Shown here piece by piece: positions 63,266-64,000 of a stretch of DNA of 64,000 bases. Under the pieces are notes generated by a model, which saw only the letters and a list, made by a program, of their open reading frames with translations, did no database searches and had not been told where the DNA came from. Within the stretch, counting starts at the first letter, position 1; every line of letters begins with the position of its first letter. The position numbers and the translations under genes were made by a program. The DNA comes from Candidatus Cloacimonadales bacterium (GTDB taxonomy: Bacteria; Cloacimonadota; Cloacimonadia; Cloacimonadales; JAIOQZ01), in assembly GCA_963674825.1 (NCBI GenBank), contig OY771587.1, forward strand, positions 3,232,001 through 3,296,000, read 5' to 3'.

Positions 63266-63985
63266 TTACGGATGAATAAACGTACCCATAGTTTTCGACA
63301 TAATCGCCTTCTGAAGACTCCCGGGCTGATTGAGGTTGAAAACCTTCAATGGAATCCCATAGTCACGGGCAAGCGAAAACGCCGTCATGTCCATTACCTG
63401 GAGCTTACGAGCGAGAACCTCGTCATAGGTAATTTCGGGAATAAATTCGGCATCGGGATTTGTCACCGGATCATCGGAATAAACACCATCGACTTTGGTA
63501 CCTTTAAGGACCAGGTTAGCGCCAAGTTCCGTCGCTCGGAGCACCGCAGCGGTATCCGTAGTAAAATACGGATTGCCTGTTCCAGCGCAGAAGATACAAA
63601 TCTTGCCTTCGCGGAGCGACTTCTCCGCACGGTCATGGGTATAGAACATCGCGACCTTATCCATCTGTACGGCAGAATAGATATCGGCATGGTAGTTACG
63701 GTTACGAAGATATTCAGCCAGCACGAGCGCGTTCTGAACAGTCGCCAGCATTCCGATGTGGTCAGCGGTGACGCGACGCACTTCGGCTTCAGCCTGGCCA
63801 CCACGGTAGATGTTACCACCACCCAGGACGAGTCCCAGGCTCAGGCCGTCACGACGAACCTGGATGATATCTTCCGCGATACGGATCAGGACTTCATTGT
63901 CGTACCCAAACGATTTCCCGCCGGCAAAAACCTCGCCGCTTACCTTGACGATGACGCGATGTATCTTTTCCGGTGAATAAAACAT
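63266..63985 (-). CDS. pyrH: UMP kinase
   Basis: KVSGE, GGGNI.RG, D..GMLAT, GNPYFTTD. Confidence 0.97.
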   Translation of the reverse strand: MFYSPEKIHRVIVKVSGEVFAGGKSFGYDNEVLIRIAEDIIQVRRDGLSLGLVLGGGNIYRGGQAEAEVRRVTADHIGMLATVQNALVLAEYLRNRNYHADIYSAVQMDKVAMFYTHDRAEKSLREGKICIFCAGTGNPYFTTDTAAVLRATELGANLVLKGTKVDGVYSDDPVTNPDAEFIPEITYDEVLARKLQVMDMTAFSLARDYGIPLKVFNLNQPGSLQKAIMSKTMGTFIHP

Positions 63986-63987
63986 GC

Positions 63988-64000
63988 TTATGCCTCGCCC
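63988..64000 (-). CDS. Last codons of an upstream gene (..GEA*), probably elongation factor Ts
   Basis: GGC GAG GCA TAA just before pyrH; identity inferred only from the usual tsf-pyrH-frr order. Confidence 0.35.

Overview
This is a 64 kb stretch of bacterial chromosome from a diderm organism. A secreted protein with a FlgD-Ig/'NYPNPFNP' C-terminal domain, Skp, TolC and a clostridial-type ferredoxin suggest an anaerobe, plausibly Ca. Cloacimonadota or a related FCB-group lineage (inference). Most of the window is housekeeping: rpmF-plsX-fabH, tilS-hpt-ftsH-hslV-hslU, hslO, two tRNA-Asp, rpsT, ftsY, addBA-like, and pyrH-frr-ferredoxin. Two accessory glycan loci stand out. (1) At 8.3-19.6 kb a tightly coupled six-gene cluster looks like a self-regulated, synthase-dependent polysaccharide export system. 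It encodes a hybrid kinase, a REC-zinc-ribbon (TackOD1-like)-degenerate GGDEF regulator, a processive GT2 synthase, a TolC fused to a glycoside-hydrolase-like barrel, a HlyD adaptor fused to a CpoB-like TPR, and a REC-kinase. (2) At 27.7-37.7 kb an AsnB-type amidotransferase is coupled to a ~2,780 aa multi-domain glycosyl/polyol-phosphate transferase. Smaller signals include a 37-bp-period triplication of the hslV 3' end with synonymous-only differences, an inverted-repeat-bounded REP-containing element, readable operator motifs at the TetR/DUF362/HTH locus, a structured leader on an RRM gene, and a homopolymer frameshift in a DUF2851 gene. No CRISPR array, rRNA, transposase or integrase was seen. 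All product calls are from motif recognition by eye; no searches were run.
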